In this document: positions 40,626-50,829 of the stretch, one piece after another
Position numbering within the stretch: the stretch's first letter is position 1
Layout: each line of letters begins with the position of its first letter
Assembly: GCA_036253035.1 (NCBI GenBank)
Contig: GCA_036253035.1_4123.1
DNA from: a phage
Length of the DNA stretch: 64,000 nucleotides
Reading direction: 5' to 3' (one strand)
Notes under the pieces: generated by a model
The model's database searches: none
Seen by the model: only the letters and a program-made list of their open reading frames with translations
Told to the model about the DNA's origin: nothing
Program-made: the position numbers and the translations under genes

Positions 40626-41458
40626 TTCGTATCCTTCAATTTACTAAAGTTTTCTCGTGTAAATCCAGGAACTGGAAAATATACATCACAGTCAACATCA
40701 GGATTCATAATTACCATGTCATTACATATTATATCACGAATTTTACTGCCGTCCACGATTTTTTGCATTAAATCATTCCATTTTTTACGAGAAATAACGA
40801 ATGTACTAATTATACATAAATCATGTCCACGTTTTGAAATATATCCTAGTACTTCATTATCGTAAACAACACGTATGGTAACTTTTCCAATTGTAACCCC
40901 TCTTACTGGATTAATACTAGTATCTTCAAAAATTAATTCTAATTTAAGTTTACCATTCGAAATAAGTGATGAAGTATATTTAGAAACCATTTTATCAATT
41001 TCTTGAGTTAAATCATCTCTACCTAGATATTCAAATACAGAATAAGTTAATTCGTCTGCATCTAACTGTTGGATAGTTGGAAGCTGTGCAACCATATCTA
41101 AAGATACAGGTTCGATATATATTCTTTCAATATCAGAAGATTGTACAAATAGACAACCATCAGGTGTCGTATCTCTAACAATTTCGGCATAATATGTATA
41201 AAGATAAAAAACATTAGACTCTGATGAGTCAGTTTCTACCCAAATCTCAGATTGTTTCATTTCATCTTTATGAAGAATTCGTTGAGTAAATCCTATGTAA
41301 AAACCAAGATATAAATCATCATCAGTTTCAAACGGATTAAACATCAAATACGGATATTTGTCAAGGTACTCATTGAACTTACGCTGTACATCTCTATCAC
41401 AATCCATGATATACTTTCGGAATTCAGAAATGATTATTTTTTCTAATGACATAATCAA
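40622..41458 (-). CDS. hypothetical protein
   Basis: minus ORF 278 aa. Confidence 0.65.
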   Translation of the reverse strand: MIMSLEKIIISEFRKYIMDCDRDVQRKFNEYLDKYPYLMFNPFETDDDLYLGFYIGFTQRILHKDEMKQSEIWVETDSSESNVFYLYTYYAEIVRDTTPDGCLFVQSSDIERIYIEPVSLDMVAQLPTIQQLDADELTYSVFEYLGRDDLTQEIDKMVSKYTSSLISNGKLKLELIFEDTSINPVRGVTIGKVTIRVVYDNEVLGYISKRGHDLCIISTFVISRKKWNDLMQKIVDGSKIRDIICNDMVIMNPDVDCDVYFPVPGFTRENFSKLKDTK

Positions 41459-41652
41459 TCCTCAAGATGCATGTAGTACATAAACATCGCCAACCATATA
41501 AAAAACCCGAAACAACGAAGTAAAATATCAATTGTTGGATCTGTCCCACCATTAACTTGGTAAACGATTACTGGGATTAAAGCAATAGTAATAGACACAG
41601 CACATAAGATGAATGCAACAAACACCTCAAACATAAACTTAATCGTTTCCAT
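41455..41652 (-). CDS. small membrane protein
   Basis: 65 aa, two TM helices. Confidence 0.5.
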   Translation of the reverse strand: METIKFMFEVFVAFILCAVSITIALIPVIVYQVNGGTDPTIDILLRCFGFFIWLAMFMYYMHLED

Positions 41653-42211
41653 TATTATCCTTCAATGTGTAGTGTAGTACATCTAAAAAGTTATACATTG
41701 ATTCATTACGCACAACCTTGATTGTTAAATTACGACAACCCAACATACGTTTGAGGCGACGCTTCACCGCAGTTAAATCATGTGTACTATTCGTATACAG
41801 ACCATTAACCTGACCTGGAACAGTTGGCACATGAAGAATGTAATCATAATTCATTAGTAAGCGTTGATTATATTTCTTTAATGCTTGCTTGTATTCTGAA
41901 ATATTTTCAAAGAATGTACAATAACGGTCGTAACGATTCATTTTATTCAAAATTGAAATACGAAAAGCGTCACCACTATTCCAATCATCTTCAGTTGGGT
42001 TTGGGTTGATATGTGCCATGTTAGCTGTACTGTACCCACCACTTGTGAAAACTTCAGAATATCCATTCTCAAAAACATACAATGTTGCTTTGTGGCCTCG
42101 GAATTCTTTACGGTACTTTGACAGTACTTGAATGTGATTACGCTTGGACTTGTACATCTCGTAACCTTCATAATCTGAACTGAATTCACAAATTTTATCA
42201 ACACCAGCCAT
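41639..42211 (-). CDS. hypothetical protein
   Basis: minus ORF 190 aa. Confidence 0.6.
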   Translation of the reverse strand: MAGVDKICEFSSDYEGYEMYKSKRNHIQVLSKYRKEFRGHKATLYVFENGYSEVFTSGGYSTANMAHINPNPTEDDWNSGDAFRISILNKMNRYDRYCTFFENISEYKQALKKYNQRLLMNYDYILHVPTVPGQVNGLYTNSTHDLTAVKRRLKRMLGCRNLTIKVVRNESMYNFLDVLHYTLKDNNGND

Positions 42212-42243
42212 TTCGTATATCCTCGTTTAATTAATATAGGAGT

Positions 42244-42272
42244 ATTATATATACTCCATTTTCATGTGTCAA
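42244..42272 (-). promoter_or_regulatory. sigma-70-type promoter (TTGACA-17-TATAAT)
   Basis: plus attata(42244-42249)..tgtcaa(42267-42272). Confidence 0.6.
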
Positions 42273-42411
42273 GCTTTATAATACGGAAGACTTTTTACTA
42301 AAGATTCAGACGTATTATTTTTTACCCATGTACTACCGTTATCATTAGATACGTATCCAGTACCATTAATAAATTTACGCATAATACCAGTAAAAATATT
42401 AGTATACACCA

Positions 42412-42609
42412 TTACTCAGTATCCTTTGGTTTAGAATGTAAACCATACTTTTCATCATAACGATCATAGGTAGTACCATTAGTACTAGCTTTGATGCTTT
42501 CAGTACGATTGATTGGTTCAATCTTAACACCACGATAACCAATCTCTTCTTTAAATTGTTCCCATGATTCACGTAAACTCATTTTAGCCCCTTTTGTTAT
42601 TTCATACAC
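42412..42609 (-). CDS. hypothetical protein
   Basis: minus ORF 65 aa. Confidence 0.45.
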   Translation of the reverse strand: MYEITKGAKMSLRESWEQFKEEIGYRGVKIEPINRTESIKASTNGTTYDRYDEKYGLHSKPKDTE

Positions 42610-42740
42610 TCACGTAGGTCAATCTTTTCTACTGACCCACCGAGCACTAGATAGTGAAAATTAGAATCTTTGTTTGCCATATTCAAAAGATCTGCTTTCT
42701 GTTGAAGCGTAAAGCGTGAAGTACTGTTACGTACTGGCAT
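42597..42740 (-). CDS. small hypothetical protein (47 aa), not in ORF track
   Basis: MPVRNSTSRFTLQQKADLLNMANKD..; strong RBS AAGGAG. Confidence 0.45.
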   Translation of the reverse strand: MPVRNSTSRFTLQQKADLLNMANKDSNFHYLVLGGSVEKIDLRECMK

Positions 42741-42742
42741 AG

Positions 42743-43186
42743 TTACTCCTTAAAGTAGATATCACGAATTTGTTTAATCATCTCTAACTCTTGAAGTCCT
42801 ATCATACCAAAGTCTTCTTGTATTGTCAACTGCTGAAAGTACATTTCTTCTAAATTATTGTACGGGATCTCAACAAGATTCAAAGGCTCACTTTCCACAC
42901 GATAAATTGTATCTTGTACATCATGTTTTTCGATATGAATACTAAATGTATCTTTTTGAATTCTAAATTTATAAAATGTTTGATTTGTTGTAAACAAACC
43001 AACTTTAGGATGGAATCCCATTTGAATACACAAACAATCTTCATCCTTATATTTCAAGTATATAGCTTTTGACGTTGCTAGTACTTTAGATTTTGGGAAA
43101 TAAAAATCACCCATCAGCTTCTGACGTTTCCAGTCCTCATATACAACTGGATGCTTAACCTTCTTCAATTGGTGCAGTACTGTCAT
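42743..43186 (-). CDS. EExxFQxS-motif family protein
   Basis: 147 aa; NLEEMYFQQLTIQEDFG. Confidence 0.6.
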   Translation of the reverse strand: MTVLHQLKKVKHPVVYEDWKRQKLMGDFYFPKSKVLATSKAIYLKYKDEDCLCIQMGFHPKVGLFTTNQTFYKFRIQKDTFSIHIEKHDVQDTIYRVESEPLNLVEIPYNNLEEMYFQQLTIQEDFGMIGLQELEMIKQIRDIYFKE

Positions 43187-43566
43187 AGTTTTTTCCAGTC
43201 CAATGAATCGAAATCGATTTGTTCAGGATTATCAACAGCGACAACTCGTGCATTATGAAGAGTTTCAAAGTAGCCGTTCCACGGTGTACGTACTGGGATT
43301 TTTTCATCTCCAATTTTTACAAAGAAAGAGAATTCACATGACATTGGATCAAACCATTCTTTATGTTTGGCTTCATCGATTATTGTAGCACGTTCGTTAC
43401 TATATGCATCATCGAGTTTCTTAAAGAATACCCAATGCTCTTTCAAAGACTGTAATGCTACAACTGCCTCATCCTTTGATTCCCATTGAACATCCAATGT
43501 ATTGGTAACTGAATCTTCAGTTTCAGTGTCCCCTGTAGTGTAATGTACTTCAATGCAGTATTTCAT
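43183..43566 (-). CDS. hypothetical protein
   Basis: minus ORF 127 aa. Confidence 0.55.
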   Translation of the reverse strand: MKYCIEVHYTTGDTETEDSVTNTLDVQWESKDEAVVALQSLKEHWVFFKKLDDAYSNERATIIDEAKHKEWFDPMSCEFSFFVKIGDEKIPVRTPWNGYFETLHNARVVAVDNPEQIDFDSLDWKKL

Positions 43567-44018
43567 TATTCATCACCTTTTAGTAATTTACAAATTTCAA
43601 TCATATGATAATAACATGTATTCCAAAATTGTCCATTAGTACTTCCAACATCATGCACAGTACTTAGCTGGAACACATATTCATCGTTAAACATATTTTT
43701 CATATCTTCAACGTAACATTCTTTTTTAGAATCATAGTTATATTCTATACTCATTTCTCCATCTGGGTCAAGTGATATTGATGATATGTCTTGAACGAAG
43801 GCGGGGTTTGTTGGAGAAAAGTATAACGTAAGTTGATAGCAGTCTGGGTCAGTTTCATAACAATACACAATATTATAATTCCCACCCGTGGTTGGGCTGT
43901 ATTTAAATTCTGTTTTATTAGTATTTGACATGCTATACCCAAGGTTCTTTATCTCTTGGAGATGTAATAATATTTTATGTAAAGTTCCTAAAACATGAAT
44001 CAAATTATCAATTTTCAT
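43566..44018 (-). CDS. EExxFQxS-motif family protein
   Basis: 150 aa; DEYVFQLSTVHDVG. Confidence 0.6.
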   Translation of the reverse strand: MKIDNLIHVLGTLHKILLHLQEIKNLGYSMSNTNKTEFKYSPTTGGNYNIVYCYETDPDCYQLTLYFSPTNPAFVQDISSISLDPDGEMSIEYNYDSKKECYVEDMKNMFNDEYVFQLSTVHDVGSTNGQFWNTCYYHMIEICKLLKGDE

Positions 44019-44557
44019 TTACGTTCCTTTAAAAAGTTCAGTTTAAAAGTTTTACCAAATTCCATTGTAGCTTTACCCAGATTGTTAATATTTTCTTTCA
44101 ACATTTCTTGCATCTTCCTAATACTTTCATTCCAGGCTTCTTCTTCTTTGCGGAGGACTGGTCGCAATCGTTCCTGAATATCGTTAAAACGTGTATTGAG
44201 TTCAACCAATGATTCATATGTGAAATCTTTCATATCGATGATAGTACTACGTTGAAAGAATTCTTCTTCAGACAAATTACTTAAAATGATTTTATCACGA
44301 CCAATAGATAATGTCAATTCATCATCTTTATTTTTTTTAATTACAATACTAACAGGTGTTTTTAATGTAATGCAAATATCATGATTATTAAATGTTTCAG
44401 TTTGGTTTGACATTCTGAATTGAAGTTTCCCAGATAAAGCATGTACTGGTGATGGTTTCTTTTTACCAGTAATAACATCTTCCCATGAATCGAGAATATT
44501 ATTAATAATTTTAACATAAGGAATTGGCATATATGCACCTATGAAAAATCCACGCAA
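44015..44557 (-). CDS. EExxFQxS-motif family protein (with extended C-terminus)
   Basis: 180 aa; SEEEFFQRSTIIDM. Confidence 0.6.
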   Translation of the reverse strand: MRGFFIGAYMPIPYVKIINNILDSWEDVITGKKKPSPVHALSGKLQFRMSNQTETFNNHDICITLKTPVSIVIKKNKDDELTLSIGRDKIILSNLSEEEFFQRSTIIDMKDFTYESLVELNTRFNDIQERLRPVLRKEEEAWNESIRKMQEMLKENINNLGKATMEFGKTFKLNFLKERK

Positions 44558-44572
44558 TGCGTGGATTTGTAA

Positions 44573-45103
44573 TTATTCAAGTATAGTAATTTCAATTAAA
44601 CGAATTTCGATAAACTCGTTTTCAGTTTCCCATGACGTGCCAAATTTCTTTTCAAGTTCAGATTTCACATCACTTTTAAATTTTCCCATAGTATTAGGAA
44701 TAATTTGTTTGGTTAATTTGTCGTAACCACAATAAAACATAGGTTTCTCCCTTCGAGATATTAGCTGAACAAAATCTTTTGGATATGCAGGTATGTTATG
44801 CATCACTTCATGAATACACTCAGTACTTGAATCTTGTACTTTGTACATTACATTAAGTTTACCTCTGAAATTTGCGGTCATATCAACAATAGTTCCTTTA
44901 CCCGATTTAAGTAAAGTTCCATTCTTTGAATGAGAGCAATAAAATACCTCATCACCAATATTAGGATAATACAAATTAAATTCTAATTCAGATTTTACAG
45001 CCAGCCGTTTGAAACTTTCTGTACGTTTTATATAAGTTTGGTATTTGTTTATGTTCAAAAGAATATCTCTCTTAGTAAATGTGATATAACTGGCATAGTC
45101 CAT
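44573..45103 (-). CDS. hypothetical protein
   Basis: minus ORF 176 aa; 5' end overlaps methyltransferase gene. Confidence 0.5.
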   Translation of the reverse strand: MDYASYITFTKRDILLNINKYQTYIKRTESFKRLAVKSELEFNLYYPNIGDEVFYCSHSKNGTLLKSGKGTIVDMTANFRGKLNVMYKVQDSSTECIHEVMHNIPAYPKDFVQLISRREKPMFYCGYDKLTKQIIPNTMGKFKSDVKSELEKKFGTSWETENEFIEIRLIEITILE

Positions 45104-45915
45104 CCATTCCCAAGCATTTTGTATGCTTGTGTCTTACTAGACACTTTAAAGAAATCTTCAGGAACACCCTGTAATTTACAACATTCTACTACACTTAAGT
45201 GTCTATAGTCAATATTTCTTTTGCCATTCTCTAATAGATATTGACGACTGATCACTGGGTCACGAAACACCAATTGTCGTCTGGATTTATTAAAGTACTG
45301 GTTACAATCACCACCTTTAAAATAGTTAGCATCTATACAGTACGAAGCGGTTCTGTCAGTGTACCAACCATCTTCAATAATATCTTGAAGTTTAGGTGCA
45401 TTGGATAATGCAGGTGGTATAAAAAGCTTATCAGTACTGTACCAGTAATATCTCTGCCTGAAGTGAGGCGTATAATGCTGGGAGTTTATCAGTACTGGCG
45501 TGATTCCTAAAATACTATTAATGTATTCTTTGAAATCTTCCTTCATTTTAACATTTTCAAACAGAAATTTCAAGTTAGGATTGAGACTTTTGATATGATC
45601 AAAAATTTCAACCATTACTAAAAATAACTGCCCACGTATATCATTTAAACCACCCTGTTTACCTGCAACTGACCAGGCTTGGCATGGGAAACCACCCATT
45701 AATAAATCTATTTTGTCCCACTCAATATCCCATTCTCTCCACTTAGTTACATCACCCAATTGGATAATATCAGGAAAGTTAGATTGAGATTCAGCTATTG
45801 CGTACTTATCAATTTCGGATGAATAATATTTTTCAACTGGGATACCCGCATCTTGCAATGCCATATATCCCACACTCATTCCATTAAAAAGAGAAAGTAC
45901 TCGGATAGGTTTCAT
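45055..45915 (-). CDS. DNA (cytosine-5)-methyltransferase
   Basis: 286 aa; motif IV GGFPCQAWS, ENV, C-terminal QAYKMLGNGWTMPV. Confidence 0.75.
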   Translation of the reverse strand: MKPIRVLSLFNGMSVGYMALQDAGIPVEKYYSSEIDKYAIAESQSNFPDIIQLGDVTKWREWDIEWDKIDLLMGGFPCQAWSVAGKQGGLNDIRGQLFLVMVEIFDHIKSLNPNLKFLFENVKMKEDFKEYINSILGITPVLINSQHYTPHFRQRYYWYSTDKLFIPPALSNAPKLQDIIEDGWYTDRTASYCIDANYFKGGDCNQYFNKSRRQLVFRDPVISRQYLLENGKRNIDYRHLSVVECCKLQGVPEDFFKVSSKTQAYKMLGNGWTMPVISHLLREIFF

Positions 45916-45967
45916 ATAAAATCCTTTTTATATTGTTAAGGTACTATAATATATTATAGCATCTTAT

Positions 45968-46258
45968 TTAGAAATCTTCCAAACTTTTTTCATCACACCA
46001 TCGTGATGTACAGATGATTGCAGATGCCAGAATTGAAGCACTTGCACGTCCTCCACCGAGTAAATACTGGCTAATTACGCCAATCATATTGAACACTTTA
46101 TCATACTCGGTTAGTTGTTCAAAACCTTTCTTCCAATGCTGATATTCTTCTTCTGTGACATTAAACTCACCATCAAGTTCCTTTAAAATCTTTTTAAGCA
46201 CAGCACTATGTTCACTCATCATCATCTCCATATCGTTCGTCATAAAAATCATCATCAC
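45968..46258 (-). CDS. hypothetical protein
   Basis: minus ORF 96 aa. Confidence 0.5.
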   Translation of the reverse strand: MMMIFMTNDMEMMMSEHSAVLKKILKELDGEFNVTEEEYQHWKKGFEQLTEYDKVFNMIGVISQYLLGGGRASASILASAIICTSRWCDEKSLEDF

Positions 46259-46297
46259 GATCTAATGGTTCTTTTGGCTTTTCAGACATATATTTCC

Positions 46298-46558
46298 TCA
46301 CATGGTAAAGGTATTATCACCATCCATATCTTCATCAGTTGCTTCAGCTAATGTCTTGATTGTAAGTAATCCACGCTTCACGTACATCATGAAGACCTTT
46401 TCATAATTACCAAACATAATCTCAGGTGACATGTAATTCTCTGTTACAATGACGATTGGACGGCCCTGTGAAAGCATACGAAACATAGTACGATATTTGT
46501 CAAATGTGCGAAATTCATCCATGTTCATCATGTGGCGTTTACGAACTACTTTAGTCAT
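46298..46558 (-). CDS. hypothetical protein
   Basis: minus ORF 86 aa. Confidence 0.5.
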   Translation of the reverse strand: MTKVVRKRHMMNMDEFRTFDKYRTMFRMLSQGRPIVIVTENYMSPEIMFGNYEKVFMMYVKRGLLTIKTLAEATDEDMDGDNTFTM

Positions 46559-46572
46559 CTTATTACCTTTAG

Positions 46573-47013
46573 TTAATTGAACTCTACTTCTGGATAATGA
46601 TTATAGAACATCTCACGAACTGCGTCAAGATGTTCTTGAAATTGTTTTATATCTTCTAATGATGGTGCATCAATAACAGTACTAAGTTGAAACAACGATT
46701 CTTCTGTGTTATATAGTGACATATCAAATGAATTATTGTTGTCATCAGTTATGATATTATCACAAATTTCGTAAGTGTCAATACAAACATCATCAAGTGT
46801 TGTATTATCATATACAGTGTATACGAATACAAAAATAAAAGAAGAATGTTCTTTACCATAACGGGGTGGGTCATATGTCACATAGCATTTGTGGTCAAAT
46901 GTATCGAGTTCCATAGACACCACCCCAGCTTCACGATATTCATTAGTTTCACTGGTAAGATCCGGTATTGATGTTATCGAAAGTAAGTGGAGAAATTTAC
47001 TTGGATTTAGCAT
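46573..47013 (-). CDS. EExxFQxS-motif family protein
   Basis: 146 aa; TEESLFQLSTVIDAPSL. Confidence 0.6.
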   Translation of the reverse strand: MLNPSKFLHLLSITSIPDLTSETNEYREAGVVSMELDTFDHKCYVTYDPPRYGKEHSSFIFVFVYTVYDNTTLDDVCIDTYEICDNIITDDNNNSFDMSLYNTEESLFQLSTVIDAPSLEDIKQFQEHLDAVREMFYNHYPEVEFN

Positions 47014-47468
47014 TTCACCACCATTGGATTTTGCGACTGTATATTAAAAAGGGATAATACAAAAGTACTCAATTTTTCGAAACAATCTACTAATACATTT
47101 AACTCATCATAACTAACACCAATTTCACGAATAAGCGATTGTTGAAAGAATCCTTCTTCGGTTAACGTTAAACTACTAACCTCAGTTATGTTATAATAAC
47201 TTTGGGATGTTGTGGTTGATATTAGTTGTATTGCAATCGTATCTGATGTTGTGTTGTACAGATATAAATATTTTGTTTTTCTTTCCAATGGATCTATACA
47301 TGAAAGATCGATCATGTCATAGGTTTTTCCAATAAAAATATTACAATCATCTGACAATTCACAACAAATGCGTATATGTTCTTTCGGGTCATGAACACGT
47401 TGTGTGTCAAATTCACATGACATTGCAATTTCAAAATGATTTTTTATTTCGTCAACATTCATCTGCAC
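47007..47468 (-). CDS. EExxFQxS-motif family protein
   Basis: 153 aa; TEEGFFQQSLIREIG. Confidence 0.6.
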   Translation of the reverse strand: MQMNVDEIKNHFEIAMSCEFDTQRVHDPKEHIRICCELSDDCNIFIGKTYDMIDLSCIDPLERKTKYLYLYNTTSDTIAIQLISTTTSQSYYNITEVSSLTLTEEGFFQQSLIREIGVSYDELNVLVDCFEKLSTFVLSLFNIQSQNPMVVKC

Positions 47469-47836
47469 CCACCATTAATTCTTATATTTGTATAGTTTAA
47501 TGCTTTTTTAATAATACCAATTTCTGTAATTCCTATTACATTTTTCTCAATCAATGACAATTGGAATAGTTCCTCTTCGGAAATATCAATACTGTGGATT
47601 CTTGTACAATAATCGTTGAAGTCATATACATATCGTATTGTATAGTCGTTTATAGAAACTGATACAATTGCAATTCCATCATGGATGTAAGTTAGTTCAT
47701 TTGAGTATCTATTAAAAATTAACCTATCTGGTGAACCTATTGGTAGTTGAAATGTATTTCTAGTATCTTGAACAATAACAAAATCATCATCTATATTTCT
47801 ACTCAGAACACCCAAAATATCATATATAGTAGTCAT
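47459..47836 (-). CDS. EExxFQxS-motif family protein
   Basis: 125 aa; SEEELFQLSLIEKN. Confidence 0.6.
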   Translation of the reverse strand: MTTIYDILGVLSRNIDDDFVIVQDTRNTFQLPIGSPDRLIFNRYSNELTYIHDGIAIVSVSINDYTIRYVYDFNDYCTRIHSIDISEEELFQLSLIEKNVIGITEIGIIKKALNYTNIRINGGCR

Positions 47837-47837
47837 G

Positions 47838-48242
47838 TTATTCTTTACCTTCAGCAGTTCTGATAATTTTCATAACTTCTCTGGATAGTGCGTATATTTT
47901 TTTATAGTACTCAAATGTAACTGAACCAAAATCATTAATAGTACTAGCCATGAAGAACGATTCTTCTGTATATAGTTCATTTGACAAAGCAACCAGTTCT
48001 TGGTGAAATTTTGCGTCCTTCCAATAACGAAATTCAAAAACAAATTGTCCGTCATGACCGACTCTACAACATTCAGAACGATCACTGTCTACACAGCTAA
48101 ACACAATATCCCTTTCAGAGTCGTACCAGATATTTCCAATATTTGTTTCAATAACAGCATAATCAATTTTTTTAGAATTTGGAATTAAACCTTTTTTCAC
48201 CAGCACTAAACTGGTATTATCAATATCTAGTAAACTTACCAT
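47838..48242 (-). CDS. EExxFQxS-motif family protein
   Basis: 134 aa; TEESFFMASTINDFG. Confidence 0.6.
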   Translation of the reverse strand: MVSLLDIDNTSLVLVKKGLIPNSKKIDYAVIETNIGNIWYDSERDIVFSCVDSDRSECCRVGHDGQFVFEFRYWKDAKFHQELVALSNELYTEESFFMASTINDFGSVTFEYYKKIYALSREVMKIIRTAEGKE

Positions 48243-48243
48243 A

Positions 48244-48654
48244 TCAATTCCCCATTACTAAAGTGTTTTTAATCTCCAACAATTCACTATACATATTCTT
48301 CAATTGTAATATATCTTCAAAAGTAATACCACCAAGATCATCAACTAATGAACGTTGGAATAAAGATTCACTTGTTTGTAATGTATCTAAATCGGTGATT
48401 TTTAATAAAGAACTTGGATTAAGTGTTTCGACTAGTAGTATGTTTTTGTATGGTACATATGTGATCTTGATGTTCTTTTTATAATTAATCTTATAAAATC
48501 GCATAATTGACGATTCATCACTTAGTTGGATAATTGGGTCGTCTTGTTCATTAGACCACCATACAGTACTAGTCATATGATTGACGTGGTGGTTCAATTC
48601 TGATATATCCAAATCTAAAAAATATTTTAGTTCATTGTGTAAATCTAAACTCAT
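48244..48654 (-). CDS. EExxFQxS-motif family protein
   Basis: 136 aa; TSESLFQRSLVDDLGGIT. Confidence 0.6.
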   Translation of the reverse strand: MSLDLHNELKYFLDLDISELNHHVNHMTSTVWWSNEQDDPIIQLSDESSIMRFYKINYKKNIKITYVPYKNILLVETLNPSSLLKITDLDTLQTSESLFQRSLVDDLGGITFEDILQLKNMYSELLEIKNTLVMGN

Positions 48655-48709
48655 AAATTTATCCTCAATGCAGCATCATCATGTATTGTAGGATAAACCC
48701 ACAATAATG

Positions 48710-49105
48710 TCAAGATGTGAAATAATTATACCAGTAATATAGTTCTTTTAATTCTTCAGTACTGAACAATACTTCTTCTATTGTAGATTGTTGAAAGTGA
48801 TATTCATCATTTAGATACATAGAAATATTACTATATACTTTCCTATTGTATTGACATAAAAAAGAAGTTTTTTGATTAATGTATTCAGTAAATGTTAATT
48901 TATCTAACTCAATATCGAATGATAATTTAATAATATGACTATTATCATTTACATACATTAGTTTCTTTGAAAAATGATCAATTGTAATATATTCTTTATG
49001 AGAGAACTGAAATATATTATTAAATTTATTACCATTTGTGCTTCTAAATTTTTCAAGGTAATAAGAAAGTGGTTTAATTATTGAAGTTCCAATATTGTTC
49101 TTCAT
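48710..49105 (-). CDS. EExxFQxS-motif family protein
   Basis: 131 aa; NDEYHFQQSTIEEV. Confidence 0.55.
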   Translation of the reverse strand: MKNNIGTSIIKPLSYYLEKFRSTNGNKFNNIFQFSHKEYITIDHFSKKLMYVNDNSHIIKLSFDIELDKLTFTEYINQKTSFLCQYNRKVYSNISMYLNDEYHFQQSTIEEVLFSTEELKELYYWYNYFTS

Positions 49106-49118
49106 ATATCCTCAATTT

Positions 49119-49146
49119 TAGATAAGAAAAATGCCCCGAAGATCGG
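49119..49146 (-). terminator. rho-independent terminator
   Basis: GCCCCGAagaTCGGGGC with flanking A/T runs. Confidence 0.65.
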
Positions 49147-49265
49147 GGCAGTACTAAAATGATTTTGTACCAAAAGGGGAATAAGAACAAAATGAAAATA
49201 TAATAACGCATCATTATTATGTAAGGGAGGAAAGTAACATGATATGTTAACCATTTCTGGTATAT

Positions 49266-49817
49266 TTATTTATCATTTAATTCTTTAAGTTGGGTTTGTA
49301 TATCTTTAGTTATATTTCGAATTTTCTTAAAGCAATAAACACTATCGTCCAATTCGATTTTAAGTTCATGTGTAAATGCATACAGAAGTTCAGCAAATAC
49401 TAAATCTTGACGCATCCAGTTTCCATCTTTATATAAAGTCATTACACAATATGGGCATTCACTATTAGAAGTTTGCTTTCCAATAAAAACACTTTGAATT
49501 GATTCATGCTTAAAGCCAATAAAACTTTCATTTATTTTTTTAATTTCAGTACTGATATCGAATTTAGCACTGGTGTTGATTGCAAAAATTTTATTCCCAC
49601 TTTCATCAGTATTGATATTGAGTTCAATATCACTACCTAGTTTACGTACTGCTAGAGTATAAAGAAGTAATTCATACATGTCGTAACTTGTTACATTACC
49701 ATTTGGTGCAATTACATCAACACTAACACCGTGCATTTTTACTTCTGTATTAAATCCATCTTTATCAGAAAGAAAATCAGTGATTTGCTTTGTAAGGATT
49801 TTAATTTGGTCTATCAT
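49266..49817 (-). CDS. hypothetical protein
   Basis: minus ORF 183 aa. Confidence 0.6.
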   Translation of the reverse strand: MIDQIKILTKQITDFLSDKDGFNTEVKMHGVSVDVIAPNGNVTSYDMYELLLYTLAVRKLGSDIELNINTDESGNKIFAINTSAKFDISTEIKKINESFIGFKHESIQSVFIGKQTSNSECPYCVMTLYKDGNWMRQDLVFAELLYAFTHELKIELDDSVYCFKKIRNITKDIQTQLKELNDK

Positions 49818-49837
49818 ATTTCATTTCCTTATGTGAT

Positions 49838-49863
49838 AAAAGCCTCCATTATGGAGGCTTTTG
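49838..49863. terminator. bidirectional rho-independent terminator
   Basis: aaAGCCTCCattatGGAGGCTtttt. Confidence 0.7.
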
Positions 49864-49870
49864 TATTTAC

Positions 49871-50299
49871 TTAGAGAGATTCTTCGTATTCAGCAACAAT
49901 CCCAACCATTTCATTAATGAACTTGATGTGAGAATGTGTCACTGTACGGAAGTCGTAAACAAGTGACTGTTGGAAAAATACATCTTCATCAAGAGAACCA
50001 TCAAAGTTCAAATCAATGTTTTCATCGTCATTGCTTGGTGCAACTTTAATATTCAGAAGATTTTCATCAACTGCAAGTTTTACAACACAACCCAGTGCAA
50101 TGGCAAGAACATATGCTGGTTTCTTAGCTTTTTCATTACGGAATGGTGCACGTAGAGCACAAAAAGTACTGCTAATCTCATCATTTGGTTCTTTGTATTT
50201 AACATTGACCATTAGTTCTTCGATTTTGACGCTCTCAATAACACGACCAGTTTCTGGAGCGAAGAAAGAATGTTCACGGATAGTTTGTTCGATATTCAT
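49871..50299 (-). CDS. EExxFQxS-motif family protein
   Basis: 142 aa; DEDVFFQQSLVYDF. Confidence 0.6.
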   Translation of the reverse strand: MNIEQTIREHSFFAPETGRVIESVKIEELMVNVKYKEPNDEISSTFCALRAPFRNEKAKKPAYVLAIALGCVVKLAVDENLLNIKVAPSNDDENIDLNFDGSLDEDVFFQQSLVYDFRTVTHSHIKFINEMVGIVAEYEESL

Positions 50300-50302
50300 A
50301 TA

Positions 50303-50497
50303 TTATTCCTTATTTAGATTGCTAAAAATACGAAGATTGCGGTTTGCTTTAAACTGTTTCAAATCACCAAATCTATCATCAACGATGAAAGTTGCTGATT
50401 TCTTTGACTGACATATTGTACAAATCAACATACCTTGTATTGTATACTCAGTTGAGCAATTTGTACAGTACTTTTTTTCATAAAGTTCAGTACTCAT
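50303..50497 (-). CDS. small zinc-ribbon protein
   Basis: 64 aa; CTNC..(14)..CTIC. Confidence 0.5.
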   Translation of the reverse strand: MSTELYEKKYCTNCSTEYTIQGMLICTICQSKKSATFIVDDRFGDLKQFKANRNLRIFSNLNKE

Positions 50498-50829
50498 AAA
50501 ACCTTCACATCAGTACGTTTTTCTCTTTGTTCTTTTTTAACCTCATCAGTTCTAGTATCTTCTAATTGTAACACAACTTCTTTTAGAATGTCAACATCAA
50601 TTGTTGCTTCTACATATTGATAGTCGTTTACACCAAAAACATACTTTACTGCAACCCATACACGGTTATACCATTTTAAAAAAGGATTTAAACGCATACT
50701 TATCAGACATTGACCAAGTTTATCATCTCCATATTCCTCTGTCAAGTCAAATTGTGCAATGTGAACGCAATGCTCCATTTTATCGCCACAAGAACAACGT
50801 AAAATATACTCTTTACTATCTTCACTCAT
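50494..50829 (-). CDS. hypothetical protein
   Basis: minus ORF 111 aa. Confidence 0.55.
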   Translation of the reverse strand: MSEDSKEYILRCSCGDKMEHCVHIAQFDLTEEYGDDKLGQCLISMRLNPFLKWYNRVWVAVKYVFGVNDYQYVEATIDVDILKEVVLQLEDTRTDEVKKEQREKRTDVKVL

